DNA of 64,000 nucleotides from Trypanosoma brucei (Eukaryota): NCBI GenBank assembly GCA_000002445.1, contig CP000066.1, positions 736,001 to 800,000 of the forward strand, read 5' to 3'. Shown piece by piece: positions 22,484 to 33,603 of this stretch (position 1 is its first letter; each line of letters starts with the position of its first letter). The notes under the pieces were generated by a model. It saw only the letters and a program-made list of their open reading frames with translations, ran no database searches and was not told where the DNA came from. The position numbers and the translations under genes were made by a program.

Positions 22484-23392
22484 TCATTTTTCAATGGCTG
22501 CGGAGAGGCACATGCGCTCCACAGATGTGAGAAAAACGTCCAACAGTTCCCTCACGTTACGGAGCTCCACAGCGACATTAAAATCCAGTGCCCGAAGCAT
22601 TTCCCGCTCAACACGCGCGGTCGTTTTGCAAAGATACCGTTGCATCTGCGTTGAAGCATAAGGAAGAAGGGTTACCAAATACTCAAATGTTACTGCGGCA
22701 TCGGCGTGCCACTTTAGCGCAAGACCATATGCCACAAAAAGATTCCTCCAAGTGTTACCAAGAAAAAAGCGAAAGGACGGGTAATTTGATATTACATTAT
22801 CATTACTATTACTATTGTTAGCAATAGCAGTAGCAGCAGAAGCCACGTCACCGGAGTGGTAAGCGGCCACAGAGTCTGAAATTCGTTCCCGTCCCCGATG
22901 TGTGTGAAGTGCGTACTGAAGATGAAGTTTATCAATAATACCAAAAGCAATCAACCACGCCGCACTGTCCAAGTTCTCAACAGCGTCATATAAATAAGTG
23001 AACATAACCTCTAGTGAAGCCCCTTTACCAAATGTACTCTGCCAAATCCCATCATCCGGTATTTGTGTTGAGGTTAATTTACGCTTCGCCACGCGACCAT
23101 CATTCGTATCCACGACGAATGGCAATGTGCCATCAGGAGCAGCTGCCGTTGAAGTTCCCTCAGATCCCAAAGGCCGCCGATAACTGTCAAGAAGTCTTCC
23201 CCAAAGTGTAAAGAGAGTTTTACCAATGAGAGCAATGTTACCACTCCAGCGGATAATGTTGGGGGACTTTATGGTAAAATCAGCTGCTGATTCTTCAAAT
23301 CCAGACGATCCCCGCCGCCGTCGCCGGACTGGACGGCAGTCCACTTGAGCTTCATAATCATCGTTGGAAAGTTTAAAAAGTGTACGAGGCAT
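22484..23392 (-). CDS. Hypothetical protein (302 aa), possible cyclin-fold
   Basis: Clean ORF. The C-terminal half (AAWLIAFGIIDKLHLQYAL ... TFEYLVTLLPYASTQMQRYLCKTTARVEREMLRALDFNVAV) weakly resembles the helical repeats of PHO80-type cyclins. The N-terminus has an RRRRR stretch. The domain assignment is tentative. Confidence 0.55.
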   Translation of the reverse strand: MPRTLFKLSNDDYEAQVDCRPVRRRRRGSSGFEESAADFTIKSPNIIRWSGNIALIGKTLFTLWGRLLDSYRRPLGSEGTSTAAAPDGTLPFVVDTNDGRVAKRKLTSTQIPDDGIWQSTFGKGASLEVMFTYLYDAVENLDSAAWLIAFGIIDKLHLQYALHTHRGRERISDSVAAYHSGDVASAATAIANNSNSNDNVISNYPSFRFFLGNTWRNLFVAYGLALKWHADAAVTFEYLVTLLPYASTQMQRYLCKTTARVEREMLRALDFNVAVELRNVRELLDVFLTSVERMCLSAAIEK

Positions 23393-23675
23393 AGATGTAA
23401 TTTTCCTCTTCCTTCTTTCCCCTTTTTTTCTTTTTTGCTTCCCTCACGCACTTTTTCTTCCTTTCTTCTTTCGCCTTTATTATTGCCCCCTCCCCTGTAC
23501 TTTTCAAAATAGATCTCAGAAGATTACTCCAGAGTTCGAGCGGCTTTGTTTTTTTTTTAATTATTATTATTATTATTATCTGTTGTCCTGTCTGTTTCTT
23601 TTTTCTCTTTTCTATTTTCCTTTTAAGTTTGTGTGTGCGTCTGTCTGCCTGTCTAATATATTGTACTGCACGCAA

Positions 23676-23702
23676 GAGGAGGAGGAGGAGGAGGAGGAGG
23701 AG
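23676..23702. repeat. (GAG)n trinucleotide microsatellite
   Basis: gaggaggaggaggaggaggaggaggag in the spacer upstream of the 22484..23392 gene. Confidence 0.95.
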
Positions 23703-24472
23703 AAAAACATAAATGAGCATAGGAAAAAAGATATGTGGATTTTATCGACTTAATACCAATACGCGGAAAGGAATGCGCGCGGCAAAGCGTCAACGAAGCA
23801 ACATTAGCGGCAGTAAATTTTTTGTGAAGTGCATCAGGGGAAAAAGAGAAGGGAGAGGGAAATATGAAGTGGCGTAACGGCAATAAAACAGCCCTCAACT
23901 AAATCACAAGTAAATAAAAACGTATATATATATATATATATAGATATTGGGGGGGAGCAACGAAACAATATAAGAAAAAAGATGAAAAAAAAAAACACCG
24001 CCTGCTGCCACCATTCCCCCTCCCTCCTCCCGTCCACCTCTCTACATCGCGTTACTTCTACAGTTTTTTTTTTCCTCCAAACATCTTCGCCCTCCATCTG
24101 CCAAAGCGTCAAATTCTGTGGGGCCACCGCAACGCTGAAACGCGCCTTAACCCCACACGACAAGTACACATAAACACAGGCGGCAAAGTTGAAGGAAGGA
24201 AGAAAAAAAAGAAAGAGAGAGAAAGGGAAAGGTGGAAAGAAATAGGAAGAAAAAGCTAGAAATACATACACGCACATACGCGTACGAAAATGGTGGTACA
24301 AATGGCGGGCCACTAGTTATTGCTAACTAAATGTATATATATCATTTTTTTTTTTTTTTGGACTGCTCCCACGTAGACGTGTTTCTGCATTTTGTACATA
24401 TTTGGTGAAATATAGGGAAAGAGGTGAGAGTGCCGCCACACACACACACACACACACCACCTCCGAAACGTC

Positions 24473-26752
24473 TTATCGTCTTGAAGATCTCTGAGGAGAT
24501 CCCAGTGGAGATCTTGAGGGGGATTTCCCTGACGACCGCGACGTCGGGGTCCGCAAGACGGCATTCCTGGCAGAGATTCCCAATTTAACCTCCAACTCCT
24601 TTCGGGCCAGTTCCAGCGTGGCGAGTTTATCACCCTCATACTGGCAGGCTTTCATTTCCCGATTACGATCTTCTTCTGCAATGCTGAGTTCTGTCAAGAG
24701 TGGCCGCAGTCGTGCCGCCTCCGCCTCTTCCAGTTGCTTTAGTTGCCGCCGCACACGATCCATTTCACGGTTAGCTCGCTCCACACGATCCCTCTCCTGC
24801 TGCAATCGTGCCTCCATGTTGGACATGCGAGCGTTGATGGTTGCCATCCCATTCGATACACGTTCTTCTGTGCGATGCAAAACCTCCTCTGCAGCATACA
24901 TACGCCCCTGCACTGTGGCGAGTGTCTTCTCAATATCCACAATGTCACGGCGAGCCTTTTCAACCGTAACGCGGGCCTCTTCTTTGCGCCGCAGTAACTG
25001 TTCACTGCGGTCCTTGATGATGCGACGCTCCATTTCAATTTCATCTTCAGCCTGAGCCAGCTCTTTCTCCTTGAAGGAAAGACCCTCCACCTCCGCCTTC
25101 AGTTTCGGTACAACAAGACCTTTGTTTGTCTCTGCGTTCCGTGCAAGCGTTGCACGGATACCAAGAAGGCACTTGTATCGGAAATCGTTATATGTAATAT
25201 CCATATTCTCCAGCGAAGTGTTGCTCCGCAGTTGTTCATCTAATAAATCTCCCGTTACATTTGACATGCAGTTGCGTCGGAGCCTGAGCTCACGGAGCGT
25301 ACTGTTGCTTTTAAGAAACATAGCAATTGCTGATCCGCCCTCATCCATAATGTTATTGCATGACAGGTCCAGGCTAACTAGTCCCTTATTGGTTTTCAAA
25401 GCCTCTGCTATGCATATTGTCGCCGCATCTCTGAGTTTATTTCTCGACAGGTCAAGGTGCTGCAGTGTGGCATTCGTTGAGAGCCCTGTGACAAAGGGCT
25501 GGCCATCTGTTTCCCTAATTTCACACGACGCCATGTGCAGTGACTTCAGTCCCTTGTTCTCCGCGAGACCCTCCAAAATAAACTTTGAAGCAGAACCGAA
25601 GCAATTCAAAGAAATTCGAAGCTGCTTCAGAGCTGATGATACCGTCAATACCTTCTGTATGGCTTTGGCGGAATTTGTGCTCAAGTCGTTGCTCTCGATG
25701 TTGAGAAACTCGATTCGGTCCTCACCATTTTCAACAGCGGCGGCAATGGCGCGGAATATTACCATACCACCACTATCCGTCAGATTGTTCCTTTGAAGGG
25801 ATAAGTGGGTGATGCAGGAACTCTCTAATACATCAGCAATTATCTTCGCACCCTCATAGCCCAAGTTATTGACGGAAATATCCAAATGCGTTAGGCTCTC
25901 ATTCCCATCAAGACCAGAAGCAATATGGGAAATACCGGCATGGCCTAAACCGTTGCAACCGAGGTTGAGTTTCGCTAGTACCTTATTGGATTTAAGAACG
26001 TTACCTATTGCCTTCGCACCCTCGGTGGCGATGTGGTTTCCGTTAATACCTGAGTGTGCTCCCACGTCAAGTGAAATAATCGTGTTATTCTCAAGTAATG
26101 CATCGGCAAGCGCCTCACCGCCAATGTGACCAATATCATTTGAACGAAGTCCGACATGTACGAGAGTCCTATTGACGCTAATGAGCTTGGCAATAAAACA
26201 AGCACCCTCATCCAGCAGACGGTTCCCGCTTAGGTCAAGAATTGTATATTTGTTATTTGATGACAAAATGTGGGCAATGGCCTCCGCGCTCATTGGCCCG
26301 AGTCCACTCTCCCTCAGGCAAAAGAACTTTCCTTTGCAATTTGCACTAATAAGTTCCATAAACCGCATCTTGCGCTCCCACGACGGCGGCAAGGCCTGGT
26401 CCAAACACTTCGCCTGATAGAGGAGCTGAAGATCCTCGACGGAAAAGTCGACTTCGTCTTGACTACATGTCTGAAGGGTACCGCATCCGAGTAGCTCCTC
26501 AAAAGAAATGAAGTTGGCAGCGTACGGAAGCCCCTTGGGCAAAATTCGCGGAAGGCGGGTAGACGATGTGGTTTGATCCTGCAGAAACGTTCGGCGCCCT
26601 TTTGTTTTGTGGTTGTACAAATATGTCTGGGGTGGCGCAGCAAATACTACGGGCTCCGTTTCGGTCTCGCTCCTTAAAAGCCTGGAGTTTCTTCCGAAAT
26701 CAAATGTCTCCGTGAGGCTCTGCGAGCTCTCTTTCACAGCACCTACAACCAT
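24473..26752 (-). CDS. Leucine-rich repeat protein (ribonuclease-inhibitor-like LRRs) with C-terminal coiled-coil and S/P/R-rich tail
   Basis: More than 12 tandem ~28-aa LRRs of RI type (LxxLDLSxNxLxDxGaxxLAxxLxxNxxL), followed by a heptad-rich segment (EDEIEMERRIIKDRSEQLLRRKEEARVTVEKARRDIVDIEKTLATVQGRMYAAEEVLHRTEERV...) and a basic tail (SRSSGKSPSRSPLGSPQRSSRR). The start is placed at MVVGAVKESS (ATG 26752) because the track ORF's first 35 codons traverse the (TA)n microsatellite at 26789..26816. Confidence 0.8.
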   Translation of the reverse strand: MVVGAVKESSQSLTETFDFGRNSRLLRSETETEPVVFAAPPQTYLYNHKTKGRRTFLQDQTTSSTRLPRILPKGLPYAANFISFEELLGCGTLQTCSQDEVDFSVEDLQLLYQAKCLDQALPPSWERKMRFMELISANCKGKFFCLRESGLGPMSAEAIAHILSSNNKYTILDLSGNRLLDEGACFIAKLISVNRTLVHVGLRSNDIGHIGGEALADALLENNTIISLDVGAHSGINGNHIATEGAKAIGNVLKSNKVLAKLNLGCNGLGHAGISHIASGLDGNESLTHLDISVNNLGYEGAKIIADVLESSCITHLSLQRNNLTDSGGMVIFRAIAAAVENGEDRIEFLNIESNDLSTNSAKAIQKVLTVSSALKQLRISLNCFGSASKFILEGLAENKGLKSLHMASCEIRETDGQPFVTGLSTNATLQHLDLSRNKLRDAATICIAEALKTNKGLVSLDLSCNNIMDEGGSAIAMFLKSNSTLRELRLRRNCMSNVTGDLLDEQLRSNTSLENMDITYNDFRYKCLLGIRATLARNAETNKGLVVPKLKAEVEGLSFKEKELAQAEDEIEMERRIIKDRSEQLLRRKEEARVTVEKARRDIVDIEKTLATVQGRMYAAEEVLHRTEERVSNGMATINARMSNMEARLQQERDRVERANREMDRVRRQLKQLEEAEAARLRPLLTELSIAEEDRNREMKACQYEGDKLATLELARKELEVKLGISARNAVLRTPTSRSSGKSPSRSPLGSPQRSSRR

Positions 26753-26785
26753 AGCTGCAGTAACCAATTTCAATGCTTCTACAAA

Positions 26786-26816
<31 letters not shown>

Positions 26817-27596
26817 CGTTTACGTGCCTGCGTATGCTTGCGACCACACGCACACACTCAATCACTAAACTCACCTGCGCCGCCTAACAATTCCTTGCAT
26901 AATAAATGAGTGATTTGAATCAGAAGCATTACAGCGAAGAAAAAAAAGAAAAAAACAATCAAAAATCAGCATTAATACTAAGAAAGGTCCTTCACAACTC
27001 ACGAATGGCCACACCAACAGAGGTGAAATAATAAAAGTGGAAAGGAAAAATAAAGAAAAAAAATGTCACAGCAGTAAGGGAAAAAAATGTTTTAACCTCA
27101 GCCACCTTACGGTAATCTGCTCAATACCATCAAAAGATAAGTATTTAAAATATAAAAAAAATGAGTGTATATATTAAAGAGAAGAATAAGAATACAGATC
27201 TGCACACAGTACCCTCTTCCTCTCACCCACCATAACCCTTCTCCCTATAACATTCTCTGTCGTTGTTGTTGTTGTTTTGTTTGTTTTTTTAATAATATCC
27301 ATATTCGTCTCTCTCCATACTTTTTTTTTTAAACGGAGGCCAGGAGTACCCAGCCCACCCATACACAACGCTTCGCTGGGCCATCATTAACATCAGATGC
27401 GCCAACTGCACTACTTCTCCCTACAGACTTCTCCTAACCTCTGCATTCTCATCGTTAATTTCTTTTAATTCGTCTTTCTTGTTTGTTGCGGGCTTTTCTT
27501 TTTTTTTTTAATGATTGCTCTGATGTTTGTTTGTTTACTTGTTTTTTTTCCCCTCTCTCTCCTTTTAACTTTCGAATTTGCGCATTGCGCGGGGTC

Positions 27597-28580
27597 TCAG
27601 CAAACGCGTGTGGAAGCGAACACTAAGTCGTGGAACATCTGCTTCGAGGGATTTCTGGCGACGTGGACGCACGGCTTGCCCTCACCGCTGGCACGTGGAG
27701 TTCGGCCTTCGCTCTTCCCTTTACTGACGTCCACATCCAAAGCAACCGGTTCGAGTGTGGCAATAGTGGGCTCCAAAATATACGCCGCTGTCAGCGCATC
27801 CCAGGCGTAATAGGCGTCACCATCACGCAATATTTCCTCATGAGTAGACATGGCCCACATGGTACCAACCATCTGCGAAAGGAGGTATTGATTTTGCGCA
27901 CCAAAACCCTTTACGTCGACGGAGCGGACGGGAACGGTGTTGGTGGCGTCAAGCGAGAAGAGAACACAGCGGATGTTGGGGCAGCACAATACCTTTTTGG
28001 CTGCCGGTGGGTCCCAGTAGATGTTCCACTCGGCACTGCCATCAGTGGTGGGGAGGAAAACATTCCCACCCACATCAACTGCACCACCCATGATGACGCA
28101 TTCCTCCACCTTCGATGTGAATGCCTCACCGTATTTCTCAATGCACCAAGCCATGTTGGAAAGTGGTCCCGTAACGCAGACGGTTACCTTCTCCTTTGAC
28201 TTCATCACGAGATCGGCGAGCAGCTGCTGGCCATTGTGCGCCTCATTCTCAGGCTTCAGCTTCTCCCACAGCGCAACGTCCTCGACAATATTGAGGAATG
28301 GCATATCATCCAAGTTTTTCGCGCTGAAGCGCCACTCGGTTGGGAACGCATTCACCGCAGTGGCGGTTGACTTTCCAATAGGAAAGAGGGGCGTTTTGAT
28401 GAGCCTGTGCATGGCACACATGATCTTTCCCGTCACATCAAATCCGTTTTCAACGAAGCAATCAGCATCAGTGCAGATACAACCAATTAGGTTCACCTTC
28501 TTAGGGTTGGAAAGCAACAGAATCATGGCCACGAAGTCATCCTTGTTACCATCATGGTCGAGGATCACTGTTTTCGCCAT
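27597..28580 (-). CDS. IAGNH: Inosine-adenosine-guanosine-preferring nucleoside hydrolase (IAG-NH)
   Basis: The N-terminus MAKTVILDHDGNKDDFVAMILLLSNPKK carries the nucleoside hydrolase Ca-binding aspartate cluster (DHDGNKDD). The full 327-aa sequence matches T. brucei IAG-NH as I recall it. Confidence 0.9.
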   Translation of the reverse strand: MAKTVILDHDGNKDDFVAMILLLSNPKKVNLIGCICTDADCFVENGFDVTGKIMCAMHRLIKTPLFPIGKSTATAVNAFPTEWRFSAKNLDDMPFLNIVEDVALWEKLKPENEAHNGQQLLADLVMKSKEKVTVCVTGPLSNMAWCIEKYGEAFTSKVEECVIMGGAVDVGGNVFLPTTDGSAEWNIYWDPPAAKKVLCCPNIRCVLFSLDATNTVPVRSVDVKGFGAQNQYLLSQMVGTMWAMSTHEEILRDGDAYYAWDALTAAYILEPTIATLEPVALDVDVSKGKSEGRTPRASGEGKPCVHVARNPSKQMFHDLVFASTRVC

Positions 28581-28769
28581 TTTTGTTTTGTTTTGTTTTG
28601 TTGTTTTTGCTTTGTCAACTGGCTATGTGAACCTGATCGGTCTTTGCTAGAGACTACTTAGCGTGTCTCTCTCCCTTTCCCGTGTTTTGACTTGGAAAAC
28701 TGTTAGTAAATGGCTCTTTTCGCTTTATCTGTGGTGTGTGCAAAACTACCGAGCGTTCATGAGAACAAT

Positions 28770-28850
28770 TATAAAAAGCAAGAGAAAAAGAAAACAAAAT
28801 AAAACATGTAACATGACATACAGGAAGTAGGAAAATAACGATAATGGTCT
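28770..28850 (-). promoter_or_regulatory. Polypyrimidine tract (minus-strand sense) upstream of the IAG-NH CDS
   Basis: + strand ataaaaagcaagagaaaaagaaaacaaaataaaacatgtaacatgacatacaggaagtaggaaaataacg is purine-rich. The 414-bp spacer between IAG-NH and the next gene must hold both the polyadenylation and SL-addition signals. Confidence 0.45.
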
Positions 28851-28993
28851 TGTTTATGAGAACAAGTAAGCCATAGAGAGAATGGAGTGGCGCGCAAAAG
28901 TAAAGACTGGATCGTTCAAAAGAATGACGCAACGGGAAATTATACACTAATGATGACGATCCGCTAGTGACAATACGCGTGAAAGTTAGGAAG

Positions 28994-29632
28994 TCAGTCT
29001 CGGCGCCTAGAAACAGATCGATAAGGAAGTAAATCTGTGTCGATATGGGGTGGCACGTACTCTGTCAACAAGCCATATGCGTGCTCCGGAGTAACCTCCT
29101 TCCGAAACTCTGTTGCGTGCTCCGACCACAAATGATAGCGGCCGACTTCATACCACATCAACGCAGCAAACATACACAACAGCCGCCTATTTGCCTTTGG
29201 GTTCCCCACTCGCACAAGCAATCGACCAACGCATCCTATTGCACCCAACCCAGCTGCGAAAAACCCGCTTTGATGACCCACCAATCCATTACCCACCTTA
29301 TGCGCTTTCACAGCATTGTAGTACAACCCACCCATGAAAAAAAGCCCCAGCCACCAGCGCTCCCGGTTTGCCGCCCGCATCGTCGCGCAACCGAGAAAAC
29401 AGCCGGCAAGGCAGGCACTGGAGAGTCGGAGTCCGCTGCGGGGCTGCACAGCGGCCGGTTGCTCCACAGCTACGGAAGAAATAAGTGTGCCATATGACCC
29501 GCCATGATGGTGGCCACGGGGAGCGACAGATCCCTCCTCAGCACCGGCATATAACAACCGGCGGAGGGCGTGCGAGTCGCTCATGAAACTTGTAGGGGCA
29601 GCGAAAGAGTTTAAAGTGCCGCACAAGTTCAA
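28994..29632 (-). CDS. Hypothetical Gly-rich membrane protein (~195-212 aa)
   Basis: An ORF with Gly-rich hydrophobic segments (LSSACLAGCFLGCATM, WWLGLFFMGGLYY, FFAAGLGAIGCVGRLLV, LLCMFAALMWY). The alternative start MSDSHALRRLL is 16 codons downstream. No recognised family. Confidence 0.5.
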   Translation of the reverse strand: MNLCGTLNSFAAPTSFMSDSHALRRLLYAGAEEGSVAPRGHHHGGSYGTLISSVAVEQPAAVQPRSGLRLSSACLAGCFLGCATMRAANRERWWLGLFFMGGLYYNAVKAHKVGNGLVGHQSGFFAAGLGAIGCVGRLLVRVGNPKANRRLLCMFAALMWYEVGRYHLWSEHATEFRKEVTPEHAYGLLTEYVPPHIDTDLLPYRSVSRRRD

Positions 29633-30456
29633 TTAAGTATATGAATATATATATATATATATATATATACTTCTATGTGCCTGGGTGTCTGTGTGAATTC
29701 ACCAAATACTCAATGAGACGCCTCACGTCAGCACTACAAAGGGATAGAGAGGAAAAAAAAACAAAAAAAAGGAGTGGGAACAGGGGCAAATCCACAACAG
29801 TTAAGTCAAACACATTACTGGAGCGGGAAGGGAAGCGGCTACTGACAAGAATGAGACATAAGAGGTCTACGGGGGAAAAAAAAAATACAGATAAGTTTAC
29901 AATGTAAGGCCCCTAACACCCTTGTCAGCCACTGTCTGGCTCTTACCCGTTTATGAATCCTGTGTTTAAAAAAGGAAAAAAGTATATTCGCAGACTACCA
30001 AAGACGATACCGATGGTTATACCTGTGTGTTCTGCGCTAACCGTACAAAAATAAAACCTCTTTTTTTTTTGTAATAAAGGGAAGTGTATCAGCTGGTTTC
30101 ATCATCACTTCCGACACCGTCCATATGGTGAATTGTAAACCCCTTCCTCAACAAAATGAAAAGTGAAATCGACAGCGGTTATTACTGGAAATAGTGAAAA
30201 GCTTTCCACCCACTGCATCACATGCACCCTTCTCATATTGATAACCCCGGGGTTCACACCTGAAACAAGAACACGGGGACCGTAAATACGAACCCAAAAT
30301 AAACCAACAAACACACTGCTCAACTTAATGCTTCTCACCTCGCTCCCTGGTTTCTTTCCCCGCGCACTCCTAGACTCCTAGACTCCTCACCCTCCCACTT
30401 CCCCTTCCCTCCTCCTGTCCTCCTCCTGTCCCCCCGCTTCCCGCTTTACAATCCTT

Positions 30457-31326
30457 TTACCGTTCCTCCATGAACTTCTTGGCCGTTTCATATGTGATCA
30501 TTGACAGGGCACCAGCAGGAGCGGTACACATAACTCTCGCCGTAACCCCGGCAAAGAAACCTTTGGTGCCACGATTGACTAAGACATAGCGCACCGCATC
30601 GGGGATATTCTTTCTAAGACCGAGTTGCAGCTGAGTCTTTACAACGTCTAACGGTGACGAGACAATAGAAGCCACAGTGCCTGCCAGGAGGCCCCCGGTT
30701 ATGTAATCTCCCGCAACTTCCGTTTCCCTATTGCGCCGCTCACCACCCAAGTATGCAAGAAACCCCTCATAAACTAACCAGTAGGCTGAGAAATGTGGAA
30801 TGTTCATTAAAATAGTGGTGGGCAAAGAGAGGAGAAGGCACCGCACGCCCCCTTCCGCAACTGCACATTGACCACACTGAAGCGATGAAGCAAACTTCCG
30901 GCTCCCGTCCATCTGCATCCGCTGCTTGATAACATCAAATGGGGTGGAAATGGTGTCATGAGCAGCGACCGCACAACTGGCAGAGACCGTTATAGACACT
31001 GTGGAATCCTCACCAAAGACACGCTTCGCAGCCTCATATGTGCTGTAATATGCACCATGCGCTGGAACGGCAGAAACGATGATGGGCGCGAATCCGCGGT
31101 AAAGATGTGCAAGTCGCTCATTCCGCGAAATACGCTTTGCCGCTAATATGACATTCGTCGAGTCCCCACTCTGAACCCGTGTCTTCAAAGTGTCAAACGG
31201 GAACATAAAGAAATGTTCCACAAAACCGGCGAGGCATCCCGCGACAATTTCGCCAGTATCGACGCGCAGCGCAAGCGGCGACTCGCCCTCCAGGCGACCT
31301 GCAGCGGAAGTGCCCTCGGAAACCAT
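30457..31326 (-). CDS. Mitochondrial carrier family protein, mitoferrin (MRS3/4)-like
   Basis: Three carrier repeats with P-x-D/E-x-x-K/R signatures (PFDTLKTRVQ, PFDVIKQRMQ, PLDVVKTQLQ). The conserved helix-2 His of the mitoferrin family is present (AVPAHGAYYSTYE). The start is placed at MVSEGTSAAG (ATG 31326), with upstream codons in spacer-like sequence. Confidence 0.8.
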   Translation of the reverse strand: MVSEGTSAAGRLEGESPLALRVDTGEIVAGCLAGFVEHFFMFPFDTLKTRVQSGDSTNVILAAKRISRNERLAHLYRGFAPIIVSAVPAHGAYYSTYEAAKRVFGEDSTVSITVSASCAVAAHDTISTPFDVIKQRMQMDGSRKFASSLQCGQCAVAEGGVRCLLLSLPTTILMNIPHFSAYWLVYEGFLAYLGGERRNRETEVAGDYITGGLLAGTVASIVSSPLDVVKTQLQLGLRKNIPDAVRYVLVNRGTKGFFAGVTARVMCTAPAGALSMITYETAKKFMEER

Positions 31327-31837
31327 GACACTATTCTTATACGCACCCAATACGGCGCGGCCCTGGTTGCTACAATAAAACAGAAGCAAACATCAGCAGA
31401 TAATACACACATCACCGCAGCCAAGCAAAACAACGGCAACACGGGGAACGAGCGAGAGAAAAGAAAAAAAAGAAAAGATGAACAGAGGCAAGAAATGAAC
31501 GTGGAGTGGTGCATGGAAGACAAAAATATGCAAACGTCTGCGACGACGCTTTCGTGAAGACGCATATGGAAACAAAATAGAGGGGTAATGACGCATCAGC
31601 GACAGTACCACGACAAGAAAAGGAAGGGGGTAACTGCACCAACAATAATAAAACAAAAAAACAGATATACACAGAAAGAGAGGGGTTGCTAGCAGACAAG
31701 TGACTGCCTTAAATCAAAAGAATATAAAAGAGGGGGAGTACTGTACCACAAGTACCCTCAAACTCCTCCCTGCTTATCTCACCGTCCAAAAGTGGTGCAC
31801 CTCACATACTCCCTTCCGCAACTCTTATTATTTTCCA

Positions 31838-32473
31838 TCACCTCTCCACCTCACGACACGGAACACCCATTGCGACAAGAGCCGATACGATCATCCGCGA
31901 CGAAATAAAACCCGACACCCTCGATCCATCACGAGTGTTTGATATGAGATGCATCCCAACGATATGATCCCCAAACTGATCCACAACCGGCGATCCGCTG
32001 GAGCCTGTTGTACTCACCGTCCCGCGAACCACGCAGTTGCCACGATTAACTTCAATAACAGTACCTGGTGACACGATCGTATCATGAGGCCATTTTGTTG
32101 ACAGCCATACGGTTGCCACACGCGCTCCAACAGGGGGCTGAAACCCGCGTAGTGGCACCCAGTTCAAATCTGCACTAACCCACAGCACGAGCAAATCATG
32201 CACTCGGTCCTTTGAGACATATACCACAGTAATTTCCCCCTCACTGGCCGCATCCAGAAGGTGAAGATCACCCACATCATCCTTGAGAGAATTGAAGTGA
32301 TGCCCTGCTGTTATGAGAATGCGAGGAGCTATTGCAATGCAGCTTCCAAGGAACTCATCCCGAAAATACAAGGGATAAATGCCTGACAGAACAGCATCAG
32401 ACGGGTCAGATGATGCGGGAGGTCCAGTGAGTCCATGACGAATCATTTCCTTCGTCCCCCACTTCTCCCACAC
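31838..32473 (-). CDS. Small trypsin/chymotrypsin-fold serine peptidase domain protein (211 aa)
   Basis: A catalytic-triad-like arrangement in canonical order and spacing: His in CIAIAPRILITAGHH, Asp in RVHDLLVLWV, Ser in TGSSGSPVVD (compare GNSGSPV of Glu-specific V8-type endopeptidases). No signal peptide is evident. Confidence 0.55.
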   Translation of the reverse strand: MWEKWGTKEMIRHGLTGPPASSDPSDAVLSGIYPLYFRDEFLGSCIAIAPRILITAGHHFNSLKDDVGDLHLLDAASEGEITVVYVSKDRVHDLLVLWVSADLNWVPLRGFQPPVGARVATVWLSTKWPHDTIVSPGTVIEVNRGNCVVRGTVSTTGSSGSPVVDQFGDHIVGMHLISNTRDGSRVSGFISSRMIVSALVAMGVPCREVER

Positions 32474-33603
32474 ACGTACAGTTTCCTAAATGTGAAGAAA
32501 AAAAACAAAAAAAGGAAAGGAAAGAGAAGAAAAACGGAAACAAGGGGACGAACCCCCCGCGTGTGACATATGAGCGGAAAACAAAAAGAAAAAAGCGAAA
32601 AAGAAAATAATGCGCCAGAGAGTAAACGTTTGCAAAGTGGGGGGAAAAGAAAAGGGATGAAAAATGCGGCTCCAGCGAAGGTAAGTGTGAAACTGCTCTA
32701 CGAAGCGTAGACGTTAACAACGAAGAAACCCTCTTCCACACACACACACACACACACACAGATTCAATATTAAGCACCAACAGAGAACAAAGGGGAGTAC
32801 ATAAAAGGGAAAAGTAGATGTTTATCCCTTTCCCTCCCATCAGATATAAACAAACACAGAAGGAAAAAAAAAGAAGCAAAATAGGCGTGTACTAAACCAC
32901 AAAACGGCAAAATATTCACTTCTAACCACACCTCGAAAAACTTGCGGTTATGATCCTCCTCCCCCCCCCCTTCTCCCAATTATATCTCTTCTCTCAATTT
33001 GGGCCCTTTTTTTCTTTCGTTTCCGCCGCTGTTTAGGTCTGGTATTGTTTCCCTCATCGAAAAATGTGGTAGAACAGAAATTCTCTATAAATGAAAGGTA
33101 GGTAACGCATGTAAGTTTGCATATCCTTTGCGGGCTTTTGACTGCACAGTATCATCACGTAAAGGAAGAGAAATGAGGAAGCAACAAAGAAAGGTGTGTT
33201 CGAATATGGTGAATCATAGCACCCATATAAAAAACAGGAAGGAAGAAAGGAGAAACGAGAGTAGGCGTAGAAAAGGTGTAAAAAAAAAAAAGAAGGGAGG
33301 GAAGGAGGGAAAACAAGTGAAGCAAATGGTACGTCACATGGCTCTATTCCACACACACGTACCGAAGCAACGCGATGACTTGCCTCATTCCTGCTTGATC
33401 CCATGTATCTTCTCATCTCTGTGCCTTACAAACACACCGAGGACCACACATCAATACCCAATTAACTCCCTAGTTTAACAGATCCTTCATTTGGCCAACG
33501 TCTCAATTCCACATAAAGAGGACACGACACGAAGTGCGGTAAAAAAAAACTTCAGCAAGATAGCTAACTGACCAACGAAGATATACCCCGCCTCCATCCC
33601 ACA

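Noticed and set aside
25071-25796. 241-aa + strand ORF (also 24618..25055 and 26172..26417)
   Set aside because: Ser/Leu/Arg-rich antisense read-through of the LRR-protein gene. It has no motif of its own and the wrong polarity for the array.
27630-28650. Two + strand ORFs (189 and 209 aa)
   Set aside because: They overlap the well-supported IAG-NH gene on the opposite strand and are antisense artefacts.
4401-31326. Idea of an iron-handling gene cluster (Fet3-like oxidase plus mitoferrin-like carrier)
   Set aside because: The two genes are ~24 kb and 11 genes apart in a polycistronic array where gene order is not functionally organised. This is probably coincidence.
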